Source of the DNA: Candidatus Iainarchaeum sp.
GTDB taxonomy: Archaea > Iainarchaeota > Iainarchaeia > Iainarchaeales > JACQJH01
DNA: 32,000 nucleotides
Direction: 5' to 3'
Assembly: GCA_016205145.1 (NCBI GenBank)
Contig: JACQJH010000001.1
Coordinates: forward strand, 420,001 to 452,000
Below the pieces are notes generated by a model. It did not search any database, was not told the DNA's origin, and was given only the letters and a program-made list of their open reading frames with translations. Within the stretch, counting starts at the first letter, position 1. Each line of letters starts with the position of its first letter. Below, piece by piece: positions 31,921 to 32,000 of the stretch. The position numbers and the translations under genes are program-made.

Positions 31921-32000
31921 ACGGTTTTTTTCGGATTGGCGATTTGGGTAAAAGTTTTTATTGGCCGGCCGGAGTTTTATTCCGGCGGCGTGGGCTGCGC

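Overview
The window looks like a compact, gene-dense archaeal chromosome segment, moderate GC by eye. The likely source is an uncultivated FtsZ-bearing lineage (DPANN-like or euryarchaeal). It carries TBP, L21e-Rpo4-DUF655-KsgA and the ftsZ-secE-spt5-L11-L1-P0-P1 cluster. Most of it is housekeeping: a solo 5S rRNA, ribosomal proteins, and a near-complete pyrimidine de novo set (pyrF, pyrE, pyrC, pyrK, pyrD, pyrB). It also has two enzymes of the archaeal AMP-salvage route (AMP phosphorylase and ribose-1,5-bisphosphate isomerase), a membrane S16 Lon-like protease, an M42 aminopeptidase and one intron-containing tRNA-Gly(CCC). Three things stand out. (1) A structured repeat I do not recognise, about 80-120 nt, occurs five times plus fragments. 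It has invariant single-stranded linkers (TTACTC, TTGGTTTCG-N-ACCC, loop ACGAAA) and hairpins whose stems differ between copies by compensatory changes. One copy makes up most of the 109-nt tRNA-Gly intron; the other four lie in ordinary intergenic spacers. (2) An SMC protein has canonical SMC heads but no recognisable hinge. A Rad50-style CPVC zinc-hook motif sits at the midpoint of the coiled coil instead. (3) The normally tight secE-spt5 and L11-L1 junctions are disrupted. The first holds a repeat hotspot that includes a 3 x ~53-bp tandem array of A/T-run hairpins. The second holds an inserted, oppositely oriented orphan gene for a membrane protein with TraB/Tiki-like motifs. All calls come from reading the sequence and ORF translations by eye; no searches were run.
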